32,000 bases of DNA, taken from positions 1 to 32,000 of the forward strand of contig JBAYPN010000007.1 in NCBI GenBank assembly GCA_041677685.1, written 5' to 3'. Numbering within the stretch: the stretch's first letter is position 1; each line of letters opens with the position of its first letter. A program made the translations under genes and the position numbers. Of this stretch, positions 1 through 7,931 are shown one piece after another. The stretch comes from an archaeon. Its GTDB lineage: Archaea > Iainarchaeota > Iainarchaeia > Iainarchaeales > CSSED10-239. The notes under the pieces were generated by a model. The model was not told the origin of the DNA. It did not search any database and saw only the letters and a program-made list of their open reading frames with translations.

Positions 1-697
1 CATCTCTTTCTTTGTTTTCTTTTCTTGTAAGTAAAGCCCTATATTTTTCTAAAATTATTTCATAAATATCATATGATTTAAAATTAATTTTTTCTAAATC
101 AAATTTAAAAGAAGCTAACTCAACTTTATCTAAATCAGTTAAGTTTAATTTATCAACAATATTTAATAAAGAAACATTTTTTGGATTATGTAAACGATCT
201 TCTATAAAATTAACTTCTATTTTTATTCTTGATTCATTAATAGATATATAATCTGATTTATAATAAATATAAAACACACAAATTTTTCTCTTATTTATTA
301 TATTAATATATTTTGAAGTTTTTGATCTATCATCTTTAAAATCAAAATCAGTTCCTTTACAAATGTCAACTAAATTGTCAATAAATTTAATTTCAATACT
401 TTTAATTTTTTTTTCTAATTTTGAAGAAGTAGATAAAGTTCTTAATCTATTAGAATCTGAATAACAAAAATCTAAATCTTCACTTAATCTATGATAATTT
501 AGATAATATTTGCTTAATAAAGTACCACCTTTAAAAAGTAAATTGTTTAGTTCACAAGAACTATTTTTATTTATAAAGATACTAATTTTAGTTAGAAATA
601 AAGATAAATAATATTCTTTTTCAATCATCATTTCTGATAATTTAGGATATCTTTTTTTTACAAAAGAAACATATAATTTTTTGTTTTTAAGATTCAT
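1..697 (-). CDS. abiEii: AbiEii-type nucleotidyltransferase toxin (DUF1814 family); C-terminal part is cut off by the window edge
   Basis: Absent from the ORF track because it runs off the window. My translation from the ATG at 697-695 (minus) reads MNLKNKKLYVSFVKKRYPKLSEMMIEKEYYLSLFL...NNLLFKGGTLLSKYYLNYHRLSEDLDFCYSDSNR..., and I saw no stop down to position 1. FKGGT...R(L/F)SEDLDF is the signature N-terminal block of AbiEii/DUF1814 nucleotidyltransferases. The start overlaps the upstream ORF's stop (687-689) by 11 nt. Confidence 0.8.
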   Translation of the reverse strand, partial: MNLKNKKLYVSFVKKRYPKLSEMMIEKEYYLSLFLTKISIFINKNSSCELNNLLFKGGTLLSKYYLNYHRLSEDLDFCYSDSNRLRTLSTSSKLEKKIKSIEIKFIDNLVDICKGTDFDFKDDRSKTSKYINIINKRKICVFYIYYKSDYISINESRIKIEVNFIEDRLHNPKNVSLLNIVDKLNLTDLDKVELASFKFDLEKINFKSYDIYEIILEKYRALLTRKENKERD

Positions 698-1406
698 ATT
701 TATTAACTGCCTCAATTATATCTTTTGGAAAATTTAAAAGATACTTTTTAACAATATTAATATTTAATAAATTTTTAGATATTGGAGATTTATGCGTATA
801 ATATAAATAATCTATATAGCTACGTTCTAAATCAGAATAGTTAAAAATAATTTTGTTTTTTGTCTTTTTAGAAACAATACCAAAAGAAAGTAAATTTTTC
901 TGTATTCTAAATATAAAAGCTTGATTTAAAATTTTTACTCTTTTTGAATATTTTGAATTAATTATTATAGTTGATTTAGGAATCTGATGAAATAAATCAT
1001 CTTTAATAGATAAGTTATTAATAATTAACGCAGAATGTAATCCTAAATACCAATCTATTTTTAATTTATTTAAAATTGTAAAAACCATTTCTTCAACAGA
1101 ATATTTATAATATCCTTTTATTTGTTCATCTGAATTTAAAATATAATAATAATTATCAAAAACATATTTTATTTTATTTAATTTGTTTAATTTAATTATA
1201 ATTTTATCTATATCTAAACCTAAATTTAATTTATTTAGAAGTACGTGTAGTCTGGACTTATTAATAAAAGAATGCCCAAAATTATCTAATTGATTATAGA
1301 TACTTGATATTACTTGATTATTTAACCTCATATAAATATTTACTCGCATAAGCTTTATAAAGGTAATGTTTTTTATAATTCCAATTTTGCAATTTTTAAA
1401 AAACAA
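687..1406 (-). CDS. Putative AbiEi-like antitoxin/transcriptional regulator (called from position only)
   Basis: ORF lies immediately upstream of, and overlaps, the AbiEii-like gene, which is the canonical abiEi-abiEii arrangement. I recognise no strong motif in the sequence. The track start at 1406 is a TTG; in-frame ATGs at 1349 (MRVNIY...) and 1331 (MRLNNQ...) are equally plausible starts. Confidence 0.45.
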   Translation of the reverse strand: MFFKNCKIGIIKNITFIKLMRVNIYMRLNNQVISSIYNQLDNFGHSFINKSRLHVLLNKLNLGLDIDKIIIKLNKLNKIKYVFDNYYYILNSDEQIKGYYKYSVEEMVFTILNKLKIDWYLGLHSALIINNLSIKDDLFHQIPKSTIIINSKYSKRVKILNQAFIFRIQKNLLSFGIVSKKTKNKIIFNYSDLERSYIDYLYYTHKSPISKNLLNINIVKKYLLNFPKDIIEAVNKYES

Positions 1407-1534
1407 TAAATTTATAAATATTTATTAAATTATTTATCTTAATATTTACTTTATTCCTTCCACTTCGGGCAGTAAAACTTATCCCCTTAAAGATTAAAAA
1501 TAAAAGAATAAAGTATAAAATACCTTATAAACTT

Positions 1535-1693
1535 TTATTTTCTAGAGTATTTTATATCCTCCCTTTCTAAAATATCAATTACTAAAGGTTGTAGTGAACT
1601 TACCTTTGCACTGTAGACGCTATTTATCTTAGATACAACATTATTTTTCTTAAATTCAGGCGTAGATCTATCAATTTCTATTTTTACAGCCAT
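1535..1693 (-). CDS. Small hypothetical protein (52 aa)
   Basis: Below the ORF-track size cutoff. ATG at 1693 is preceded by GGAGGA with a 7-nt spacer (minus strand: atttGGAGGAacaaaatATG). Translation is MAVKIEIDRSTPEFKKNNVVSKINSVYSAKVSSLQPLVIDILEREDIKYSRK*. Same strand as, and upstream of, the AbiE pair. Confidence 0.4.
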   Translation of the reverse strand: MAVKIEIDRSTPEFKKNNVVSKINSVYSAKVSSLQPLVIDILEREDIKYSRK

Positions 1694-1918
1694 ATTTTGT
1701 TCCTCCAAATCTTTATTTTTTCATATTTCACATTTTCTTTCTCAAACAGTTCTAAAAGATTACTTACTTGCTTATACCTATAATTCCAATTTCATTTTCT
1801 TATCTTAATTAAATGTCTAACAATTACATTTAAAAATAATTCCACAATATAATCTAATATCGATTTGATCTTTAAAGTTATTTAGAGAAAAGTAATTAAA
1901 ATTAAAAAAGGAGATATT

Positions 1919-2077
1919 ATGCCACTACCAAGAAAACCACTACCAAAAAAAACTAAGCCTGCTAAAACACCAGGAAGAATAAAACAAAAACCATTGCCAA
2001 CTATAAAAACAGAAAAAGAAGCAATTGAAAATCTTAAAAAAAATATTAAAGATGCTTTTAATAAGAAAAAATCTTAA
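1919..2077 (+). CDS. Small Lys/Pro-rich basic hypothetical protein (52 aa)
   Basis: aaaaaGGAGatattATG Shine-Dalgarno context. Translation is MPLPRKPLPKKTKPAKTPGRIKQKPLPTIKTEKEAIENLKKNIKDAFNKKKS*. No family recognised. Confidence 0.4.
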   Translation: MPLPRKPLPKKTKPAKTPGRIKQKPLPTIKTEKEAIENLKKNIKDAFNKKKS

Positions 2078-2091
2078 AATAAAAAATTAAA

Positions 2092-2814
2092 TTAGATTTC
2101 TAAACCAATTGAATTTTTTCTAATCCATTTTTTCTTTTCTTTATAATCTGGAATAATTTTTTCTACAATTGCCCAAAATCTCTTTGAATGATTATGCTCA
2201 ATTGTGTGTGCTAACTCGTGAACAATTACATAATCTCTAACATCTTCAGGAAATAAGAGAAGTGTTGTTGAAAACATTAGTTTCTTGTCAATTGTGCAAC
2301 TCCCTAACTTAGAGTTTGCTTTTTTTAAACTTATTTTTTTTAAGTCTTTTTGGAAGTAAAGATCATTATAGTAACCTACTCTTTCTTTAATAAATGGTAG
2401 ATATTTTTGTGACAATAATTTATTTACTAAACTAGAGATCATCTTTTGTTTTTGGGTTCTTGAAAGTTTAAAAGGTATGTTTAGCACTATGTCATTAGAC
2501 ACTAACCTACCTGTTGCAGTCTTGTTTTCAGTATCATTCAATTTTAGAACATAGGTTTGGTCTAAGATTTTAAAGATGTGGTTATTTAAATAGTTTTCTT
2601 TCTTTAAATTATAATTTGGATATTTCTGTAAATATTTAATTATCTTTTCTTTAAATTTTGCAATCTGTAAATCTTGTTTGTCTTTTTTAAGAAGTGTTGG
2701 TATCCTAATAACTATTTTTTTACCAATTGACAGATAAGCATTTTTTCTTCTTTCTAAATATATAGTAATTGTATATTTCTTATTGTTTACAAAAATGGTT
2801 TCTTTCTTTTCCAT
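2092..2814 (-). CDS. DUF45/YgjP-like (M48-type) zinc metallopeptidase
   Basis: C-terminal VIVHELAHTIEHNHSKRFWAIVEKIIPDYKEKKKWIRKN matches the HExxH...NHs..FW signature of the YgjP/DUF45 family. The track start at 2823 is a TTG, so I prefer the ATG at 2814 (MEKKETIF...). Confidence 0.8.
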   Translation of the reverse strand: MEKKETIFVNNKKYTITIYLERRKNAYLSIGKKIVIRIPTLLKKDKQDLQIAKFKEKIIKYLQKYPNYNLKKENYLNNHIFKILDQTYVLKLNDTENKTATGRLVSNDIVLNIPFKLSRTQKQKMISSLVNKLLSQKYLPFIKERVGYYNDLYFQKDLKKISLKKANSKLGSCTIDKKLMFSTTLLLFPEDVRDYVIVHELAHTIEHNHSKRFWAIVEKIIPDYKEKKKWIRKNSIGLEI

Positions 2815-2867
2815 AAAAATCAATCTATTGTTTATAAGGCCTTAAAAAAATATAAAAATAAAGAAAA

Positions 2868-4346
2868 TTATATTATTCTTTCAAGAATATACTTTGAAGA
2901 AAATTCTTCTAAATTATCATACTCTTGACCAGTCCCAACATAAAAGATTGGTTTTTTTAGATCATGTAAAATTGAGATTGCTGTTCCACCTTTAGGATCT
3001 GTGTCTAATTTAGTTAAAATAACGCCTGTAACTCCAATCTCTTTATCAAATTTCTCAATTTGTTCAACAATTGCTTGTCCACTTTGAGATTCTGCAATGT
3101 AAATTGTAAGGTGTGGCTTTACAACTCTTTTTATCTTTGAAAGCTCCCGCATTAAGTTGATGTTTGTGTCTTGTCTGCCAGCAGTGTCTATTAAAACAAC
3201 ATCATTGCCATGTGCTTTAGCAGAGGCAACAGAATCAAAAGCAACTGCAGCAGGGTCAGAGCCATATTTCTGCTTAATAATTTTAACTCCTAATCTTTGA
3301 GAATGAATTTCAAGTTGGTCAATACTTCCTGCTCTAAAGGTATCTGAGGAAGAAAGAACAACAGATTTGTTTTCTTTTTTAAACTTGTTTGCAAGTTTTG
3401 CAATTGTTGTTGTTTTTCCAGCACCATTAGGCCCAATTATTAGAACTATTAATGGCCCTTGTAAACTTTCTTTAGGAAGATAGTTATTAATATCACAATC
3501 AACATCTAAAAGATTTAAAAGAGCTTTTTTAATTTCTGTTTTTATGTCTTCAAGAAGATTGTTTTTAGAAAAAGAAGACTTTGTTAAATTTTCTTTTAAA
3601 CTAGAAATGATTGCTGATGCTGAATCAATGGAAACATCTGCTTCTAACAATGAGAATTCAAAATCCTCTAAAAAATCAGTAATTTCTTTTTCTGAAAGTT
3701 TTATTTTTGAGGAGAAGATTGATTTAAGTTTGCTTACATTTCTTGTCTTTATTTCTTTTTGTTCTCTTGTTAGGTCTTGATATTCTTTTGAAGAACTTGA
3801 ATCATCTTCTATCTTTCTAGTAACTGTCTCTAGATCTCTTTTAGAAAGAGAAGTTCCTGCAGGAGCTTTCTCTTCTACTCTCAAAGTCTCTTTTATAATT
3901 TTTGGTTCTGAGGAAGTTTGTGGTTTAGAAATAATTTTTTCAATTTCTTTTTCAGGTTCTATTTTCTTTTCAAAACTTTCTTCTTTTTTAAAAATAGGTT
4001 TTTTAAAGAATTCCTCTTTATTAGGGATGTCTTCTTTTATTTTCTCAACAGGTTTTTCTAATTCTCTAAATTCTTTATCAATTACTTTTTCATCTAAAAT
4101 TGTATCTTTTAATTCTGATTTTACATCTTTAATAGGTAAATCTTTTTCTAAGGTTTTTGGCATTTTTGTTTCTTGAGGTCTTTCAACATCTTGAGTCTCT
4201 AAATTTTCTTGTTTCTTTACTTCTTCAACTTTTTGGATCTTAGTTTCTAACTCTTCTTTAGTTTTAACTTCTTCAACCTTCTCTTGAGATTTTCCAAAGA
4301 CCTTATCAGTAAATCCTTTTATTTTCTTTTTTAATAATCCAAACAT
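2868..4346 (-). CDS. ftsY: Signal recognition particle receptor FtsY with a long Lys/Glu-rich N-terminal region
   Basis: NG domain motifs are present: LIIGPNGAGKTTTIAKLA (G1), DTAGRQ (G3), TKLDT (G4). About 190 N-terminal residues are E/K-rich low complexity. It sits in the conserved archaeal position downstream of pfdA. Confidence 0.93.
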   Translation of the reverse strand: MFGLLKKKIKGFTDKVFGKSQEKVEEVKTKEELETKIQKVEEVKKQENLETQDVERPQETKMPKTLEKDLPIKDVKSELKDTILDEKVIDKEFRELEKPVEKIKEDIPNKEEFFKKPIFKKEESFEKKIEPEKEIEKIISKPQTSSEPKIIKETLRVEEKAPAGTSLSKRDLETVTRKIEDDSSSSKEYQDLTREQKEIKTRNVSKLKSIFSSKIKLSEKEITDFLEDFEFSLLEADVSIDSASAIISSLKENLTKSSFSKNNLLEDIKTEIKKALLNLLDVDCDINNYLPKESLQGPLIVLIIGPNGAGKTTTIAKLANKFKKENKSVVLSSSDTFRAGSIDQLEIHSQRLGVKIIKQKYGSDPAAVAFDSVASAKAHGNDVVLIDTAGRQDTNINLMRELSKIKRVVKPHLTIYIAESQSGQAIVEQIEKFDKEIGVTGVILTKLDTDPKGGTAISILHDLKKPIFYVGTGQEYDNLEEFSSKYILERII

Positions 4347-4529
4347 AATTTATCACTAATAATTTGTAAGATAATAATCTACAATCTTAATAATAATTAA
4401 TAGAACAAAAGCTTTTAAGTAAATACCTTTTTCTAATGTGTTAGTATAAAAGATATAAGATTAATTATTTGTAAAAAAAAAGATAGCAAGAAATAGTTAT
4501 AAAAAAAGAAATTGAAAAAAATTAAAAAA

Positions 4530-5000
4530 TTAATTAACAAGTCCTTTTTGGGACTCAGTTGCTTTTTGGGCTTCCATTTGTTCAATTGCTTTTGAGACTT
4601 GCTGAATAGTTCTTACATTATTTTGATAACTTTCAACAAACTTTTTTCTAATGTCTGTTAGTTCATCTTTTCTTTTTCTAATGTCTGCTAAAATAAGGTC
4701 AGTATCTTTGTCAACAATAATGTTACCAGGCAATGTTATTTTCACATCTTTTTTGTTTTCTATAATACAATTTACTAACACTCCAGCACCAATATTTACA
4801 AGTAAACTTTCTTTATCCTTAATGTTTTTAATTTCAGTTAAGGTTTGTTCTGCTTTTCTAATCTCCAATAACAAGTTATCAATTTCTTCTAATTTGTCTG
4901 AAATCTTTTTTAATTCTTGTTCTTTAGATCTATATAATGAGATTGTTTGTTCTTTATTTAGTCTGATCTTTTTAACATCTTTTCCTTTTTCTGCTACCAT
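4530..5000 (-). CDS. pfdA: Prefoldin alpha subunit
   Basis: 156-aa coiled-coil / beta-hairpin / coiled-coil architecture (..LVNIGAGVLVNC..ITLPGNIIVDK..). Conserved archaeal synteny aIF6-pfdA-ftsY. AGGTGAT Shine-Dalgarno motif lies 5 nt upstream of the ATG. Confidence 0.8.
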   Translation of the reverse strand: MVAEKGKDVKKIRLNKEQTISLYRSKEQELKKISDKLEEIDNLLLEIRKAEQTLTEIKNIKDKESLLVNIGAGVLVNCIIENKKDVKITLPGNIIVDKDTDLILADIRKRKDELTDIRKKFVESYQNNVRTIQQVSKAIEQMEAQKATESQKGLVN

Positions 5001-5036
5001 AAAATATCACCTTAATTTTTTAATAGTTGCATAACC

Positions 5037-5702
5037 TTATAGCTCAACTACAAGACTATCAACCTTTTGTAACTCAATATTACTTGTGTTCGCACCAACA
5101 AGTAAGCCCTTAGAGTTACCAACAACATCATTTCCAACAAATGAACCCCCATAGTTTAGGGTAGTTGCAATTCCTGGAACTTTAAATTTCTTTTGTAAAT
5201 ATTTATATTCTTTTTCAGAGATAGAAGGATTTACTAAAAATAAAGAATCATTTACATAAACTGAGCTACCAGGTAAGTCAAGTTCCACACATTGTTTTTT
5301 CTCAATTGGAACCTTTAAGAATTTAGAAATTTCTTTAATTGTAGTGTCTGATAATAATGGAGAAGCAATTCCATAATTTGAATTAAGAGCAATTAGGTTT
5401 CCTAAAGCATTATAGTCAGTTACAAATTTTAATTTAAAACCTTCTTTTTCTAATATTTTTAATTCATAATTACTAATTGATTCTGCACCTATAACTAGCT
5501 TATACTTAATACCAATAGCATATACTCCTAGTAAAGGGGATTGATTAATATTTATTTTAACAACTTTTGCATCTAAATATTCTTTAAAGATCTTTTCTTC
5601 TTTTGGAAATATATTGTTTGGAACTAAACAAACCTCATCATTACAATAGGAATTAACTCCTAGGTAAGGGGAGTTATTTATTCTTGCTTTTTTTATTCTC
5701 AT
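5037..5702 (-). CDS. eif6: Translation initiation factor 6 (aIF6)
   Basis: 221 aa with the repetitive pentein-like pattern typical of eIF6 (NSPYLGVNSYCNDEVCLVP..., SPLLGVYAIG, NALGNLIALN, GGSFVGNDVVGNSKGLLVG). Conserved position after L31e. ATGA overlap with the L31e stop. Confidence 0.9.
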   Translation of the reverse strand: MRIKKARINNSPYLGVNSYCNDEVCLVPNNIFPKEEKIFKEYLDAKVVKININQSPLLGVYAIGIKYKLVIGAESISNYELKILEKEGFKLKFVTDYNALGNLIALNSNYGIASPLLSDTTIKEISKFLKVPIEKKQCVELDLPGSSVYVNDSLFLVNPSISEKEYKYLQKKFKVPGIATTLNYGGSFVGNDVVGNSKGLLVGANTSNIELQKVDSLVVEL

Positions 5703-6301
5703 TTTATTTGTTCCTTATTTTCTTTTGTTTCTTTTTTAATTTCTGGTTTCTCTTCAGCAGATTTTTCTTCAGTAAATTTTTCTGTAACAACTTCTTTAGC
5801 AGAACTTTTATTTTCTTTTGTTTCTAAATCTTTTTTTATTTCTAGCGGAACAGTTTCTTTAAGATCAGTTTCTTTTTTAGGTTTGGATACAGGAATCTCT
5901 ACTTTTGCTTCAGTTTTTCCTTTCTTGTCTGCCTTTGGACCCTCTTGTATGTTTTCTTTAATTTCAGTTACTTTTTCTTTTAAAGATTTCTTTTTAACTT
6001 CATTTTGTTTGTTAAAGAAAGTTTCTATTTCTTTTGATCCTTTTAAAAAAACATAAACCTTATTTTCTTTGATTCTAATGGACACTGGAATCTGTCTTGG
6101 AGGTTTTTCTATACTTTTACTCCAAATAAATTCATTAACTTCTTTTGTTAGAATAACATCTTCTTTTTCTTTTCTTGTATGCTTACGTAAAAAATCAAAA
6201 ATCAAGCTAACAGCAACATTTGCTCTTCTGGTTCTTGGTTTGTCATAAGCTTTTTGTAATGGTATTATATAACTTTCTTGTGGCATAAATTTCACTCTCA
6301 T
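5699..6301 (-). CDS. rpl31e: 50S ribosomal protein L31e with a C-terminal Lys/Glu-rich extension of about 100 aa
   Basis: The core YIIPLQKAYDKPRTRRANVAVSLIFDFLRKHTRKE..VILTKEVNEFIWSKSIEKPPRQIPVSIR matches L31e. The ATG at 6301 overlaps the L39e TGA (ATGA); an alternative start is M6 (MPQES). The tail runs from about residue 95. Confidence 0.88.
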   Translation of the reverse strand: MRVKFMPQESYIIPLQKAYDKPRTRRANVAVSLIFDFLRKHTRKEKEDVILTKEVNEFIWSKSIEKPPRQIPVSIRIKENKVYVFLKGSKEIETFFNKQNEVKKKSLKEKVTEIKENIQEGPKADKKGKTEAKVEIPVSKPKKETDLKETVPLEIKKDLETKENKSSAKEVVTEKFTEEKSAEEKPEIKKETKENKEQIK

Positions 6302-6615
6302 TTTTTAATAAACTTTTTAGGAATTACAGTTGTGTTTCTTGTTCTAACTTTCTTCTTTGAAGTTAGTTTAAGCTTCTTTGTTCTCTTTCCACTTTTCTTT
6401 GTGTTTTTATCTTTAAGAACTTCTTGCTTTAAAACTAATGCTCTATACTGAGCACCAAACTCTGTTTCTCTCCAATTCCTTTTTTGTCTTCTATTCCAGA
6501 TTCTTTTTCCTGCTTTTTGTATGATCCAAACAGGAGTATTCATATAACCTGGACCTATTTTTTGTCTTTGAGAAATTAAAAATTCTTTTAATTCTCTATC
6601 TTTGTTTCTTGCCAT
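6298..6615 (-). CDS. rpl39e: 50S ribosomal protein L39e with a basic C-terminal extension of about 50 aa
   Basis: The N-terminal ~54 aa (MARNK...TPVWIIQKAGKRIWNRRQKRNWRETEFG) fit the L39e pattern (VPVWV..K....RR.WRR). Conserved S19e-...-L39e-L31e synteny. Confidence 0.85.
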   Translation of the reverse strand: MARNKDRELKEFLISQRQKIGPGYMNTPVWIIQKAGKRIWNRRQKRNWRETEFGAQYRALVLKQEVLKDKNTKKSGKRTKKLKLTSKKKVRTRNTTVIPKKFIKK

Positions 6616-6643
6616 AAATATCTTAACCTCAAAAATAATAAAT

Positions 6644-7228
6644 TTAATTCTTCTTTTCAGAATCTACTTTTTTTAATTTGTCATTATTTTCTTTATCAAC
6701 CTTAGTTTCTTCTTTTCTAGTTTCTTCTTTATTAACATCTGTCTTTGAAACTTCTTTTTTAATTTTTATTTCAATTTTTGGTACAATAGTTTCTTTCTTA
6801 GAAGAATGTTCTTTAAAAACAATACCAGCTAAAGAATCTAAATATTTTTGTCCTTGTGGAGTAATTACTCTCCCCTTCTTATCATCAGAGATTTTTATGT
6901 ACCCTAATTTACCAAGTTCTTGTAAACAAACTCTAATGATCTTTCCACCAGATCTTCTAAATTTAGAAGGTCTAACTCCTCTTTCTTTCTTACCACCATA
7001 ATATGATCTTAATGACTTAACAGTTACTGGTCCTGAAACATAAACCTTTCTTAAAATAGAACCCATTCTAATAAACCACCAATCTGGGTTATCAGGAGCT
7101 CTTTGTCTATGACTTCCTGTCTTTATAAATAAAGTAAACTCAGGTGCTTTTAATTTTTTATTTTCTTTTAAATCATTTGCAATTTTTTCAATTAATGGAT
7201 GTGCTAAAACATCTTGAACACTTGTCAA
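6644..7228 (-). CDS. rps19e: 30S ribosomal protein S19e with a Lys/Glu-rich C-terminal extension of about 50 aa
   Basis: VQDV..LIEKIANDLKE...KAPEFTLFIKTGSHRQRAPDNPDWWFIRMGSILRKVYV.GPVTVKSLRSYYGGKKERGVRPSKFRRSGGKIIR is classic S19e. TTG start at 7228 is preceded by GAGGTGA with a 6-nt spacer. Confidence 0.9.
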   Translation of the reverse strand: MTSVQDVLAHPLIEKIANDLKENKKLKAPEFTLFIKTGSHRQRAPDNPDWWFIRMGSILRKVYVSGPVTVKSLRSYYGGKKERGVRPSKFRRSGGKIIRVCLQELGKLGYIKISDDKKGRVITPQGQKYLDSLAGIVFKEHSSKKETIVPKIEIKIKKEVSKTDVNKEETRKEETKVDKENNDKLKKVDSEKKN

Positions 7229-7427
7229 AGTTACTCACCTCATAATAAATATCTGTTCATAATAACTTTTCAAAATTATTTTGTAATTTTAAAAACAGAC
7301 TTGTTTTATTTTTTTGAAATTTTCTTAATTATCTATTTTTTTGATTTTTTTTATAATTAATATATAATATAAGTAGAGTTCTATTTAAATATGTTTCTTT
7401 AGCAAACTTAATGAAAATCACAACTCT

Positions 7428-7739
7428 TTAAATTGCAATTTTTTTAATATTGCCACAAGATAAACAATTTATTTTAATATACTTTCTATAAATTCCGTTT
7501 ACTTTTCTTCTTTCTGTTCTAATCTTAGTGTTTTCTATATTCCTTATAGAGTTGCATTTTTTACATACCTTTCTATGTATCTCTTTTGGAACCCTATAAT
7601 TGATTGTTTTTGCAAGTTTAAAACTTAACTTCACATAATCATAGACATAAGGGTTTGGTTTGTCTGAATTGAATTCAGAAACTGCAAAGTCAACTAAATA
7701 ATGAACTTTATCTTTAATTAGTTGTTTATTTTTAGACAT
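7428..7739 (-). CDS. rnp4: RNase P protein component 4 (Rpp21/Rpr2 family, zinc ribbon)
   Basis: MSKNKQLIKDKVHYLVDFA...VPKEIHRKVCKKCNS...IKINCLSCGNIKK shows the helical N-terminus plus CxxC...CxxC zinc ribbon of Rpr2/Rpp21. The track ORF extends to 7814, but that extension overlaps tRNA-Gly, so the start is set at the ATG at 7739. Confidence 0.75.
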   Translation of the reverse strand: MSKNKQLIKDKVHYLVDFAVSEFNSDKPNPYVYDYVKLSFKLAKTINYRVPKEIHRKVCKKCNSIRNIENTKIRTERRKVNGIYRKYIKINCLSCGNIKKIAI

Positions 7740-7756
7740 AATATCATAGATAATTA

Positions 7757-7828
7757 TGCACTCGCCGGGATTCGAACCCGAGCCGAAAGCTTGGCAAGCT
7801 CCCATACTAACCACTATACTACGAGTGC
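7757..7828 (-). tRNA. tRNA-Gly (anticodon GCC)
   Basis: Minus-strand sequence is GCACTCGTAGTATAGTGGTTAGTATGGGAGCTTGCCAAGCTTTCGGCTCGGGTTCGAATCCCGGCGAGTGCA. It has a 7-bp acceptor stem GCACTCG/CGAGTGC, anticodon loop TTGCCAA, and T arm TCGGG-TTCGAAT-CCCGG. CCA is not encoded. Confidence 0.9.
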
Positions 7829-7931
7829 TTTTTTGTTTTTTATATTTATATTCTAAGTTAATATATATAACTATATTAAATTAAATTTATAAATGGTTTA
7901 GATTAAGAATTGTAATTTAAAAAATTTTAAA

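Noticed and set aside
3544-7001. Plus-strand ORFs 3544..3780, 4651..5034 and 6678..7001, antisense to ftsY, pfdA and rps19e.
   Set aside because: Antisense reading of purine-rich Lys/Glu codons (AAA/GAA/AAG) gives stop-poor Phe/Leu/Ser-rich frames. This is an expected artefact.
7740-7814. The N-terminal 25 codons of track ORF 7428..7814 (MVSMGACQAFGSGSNPGECIIIYDI...).
   Set aside because: This stretch is the reverse-strand reading of tRNA-Gly(GCC) at 7757-7828. The real Rpp21 CDS starts at the ATG at 7739.
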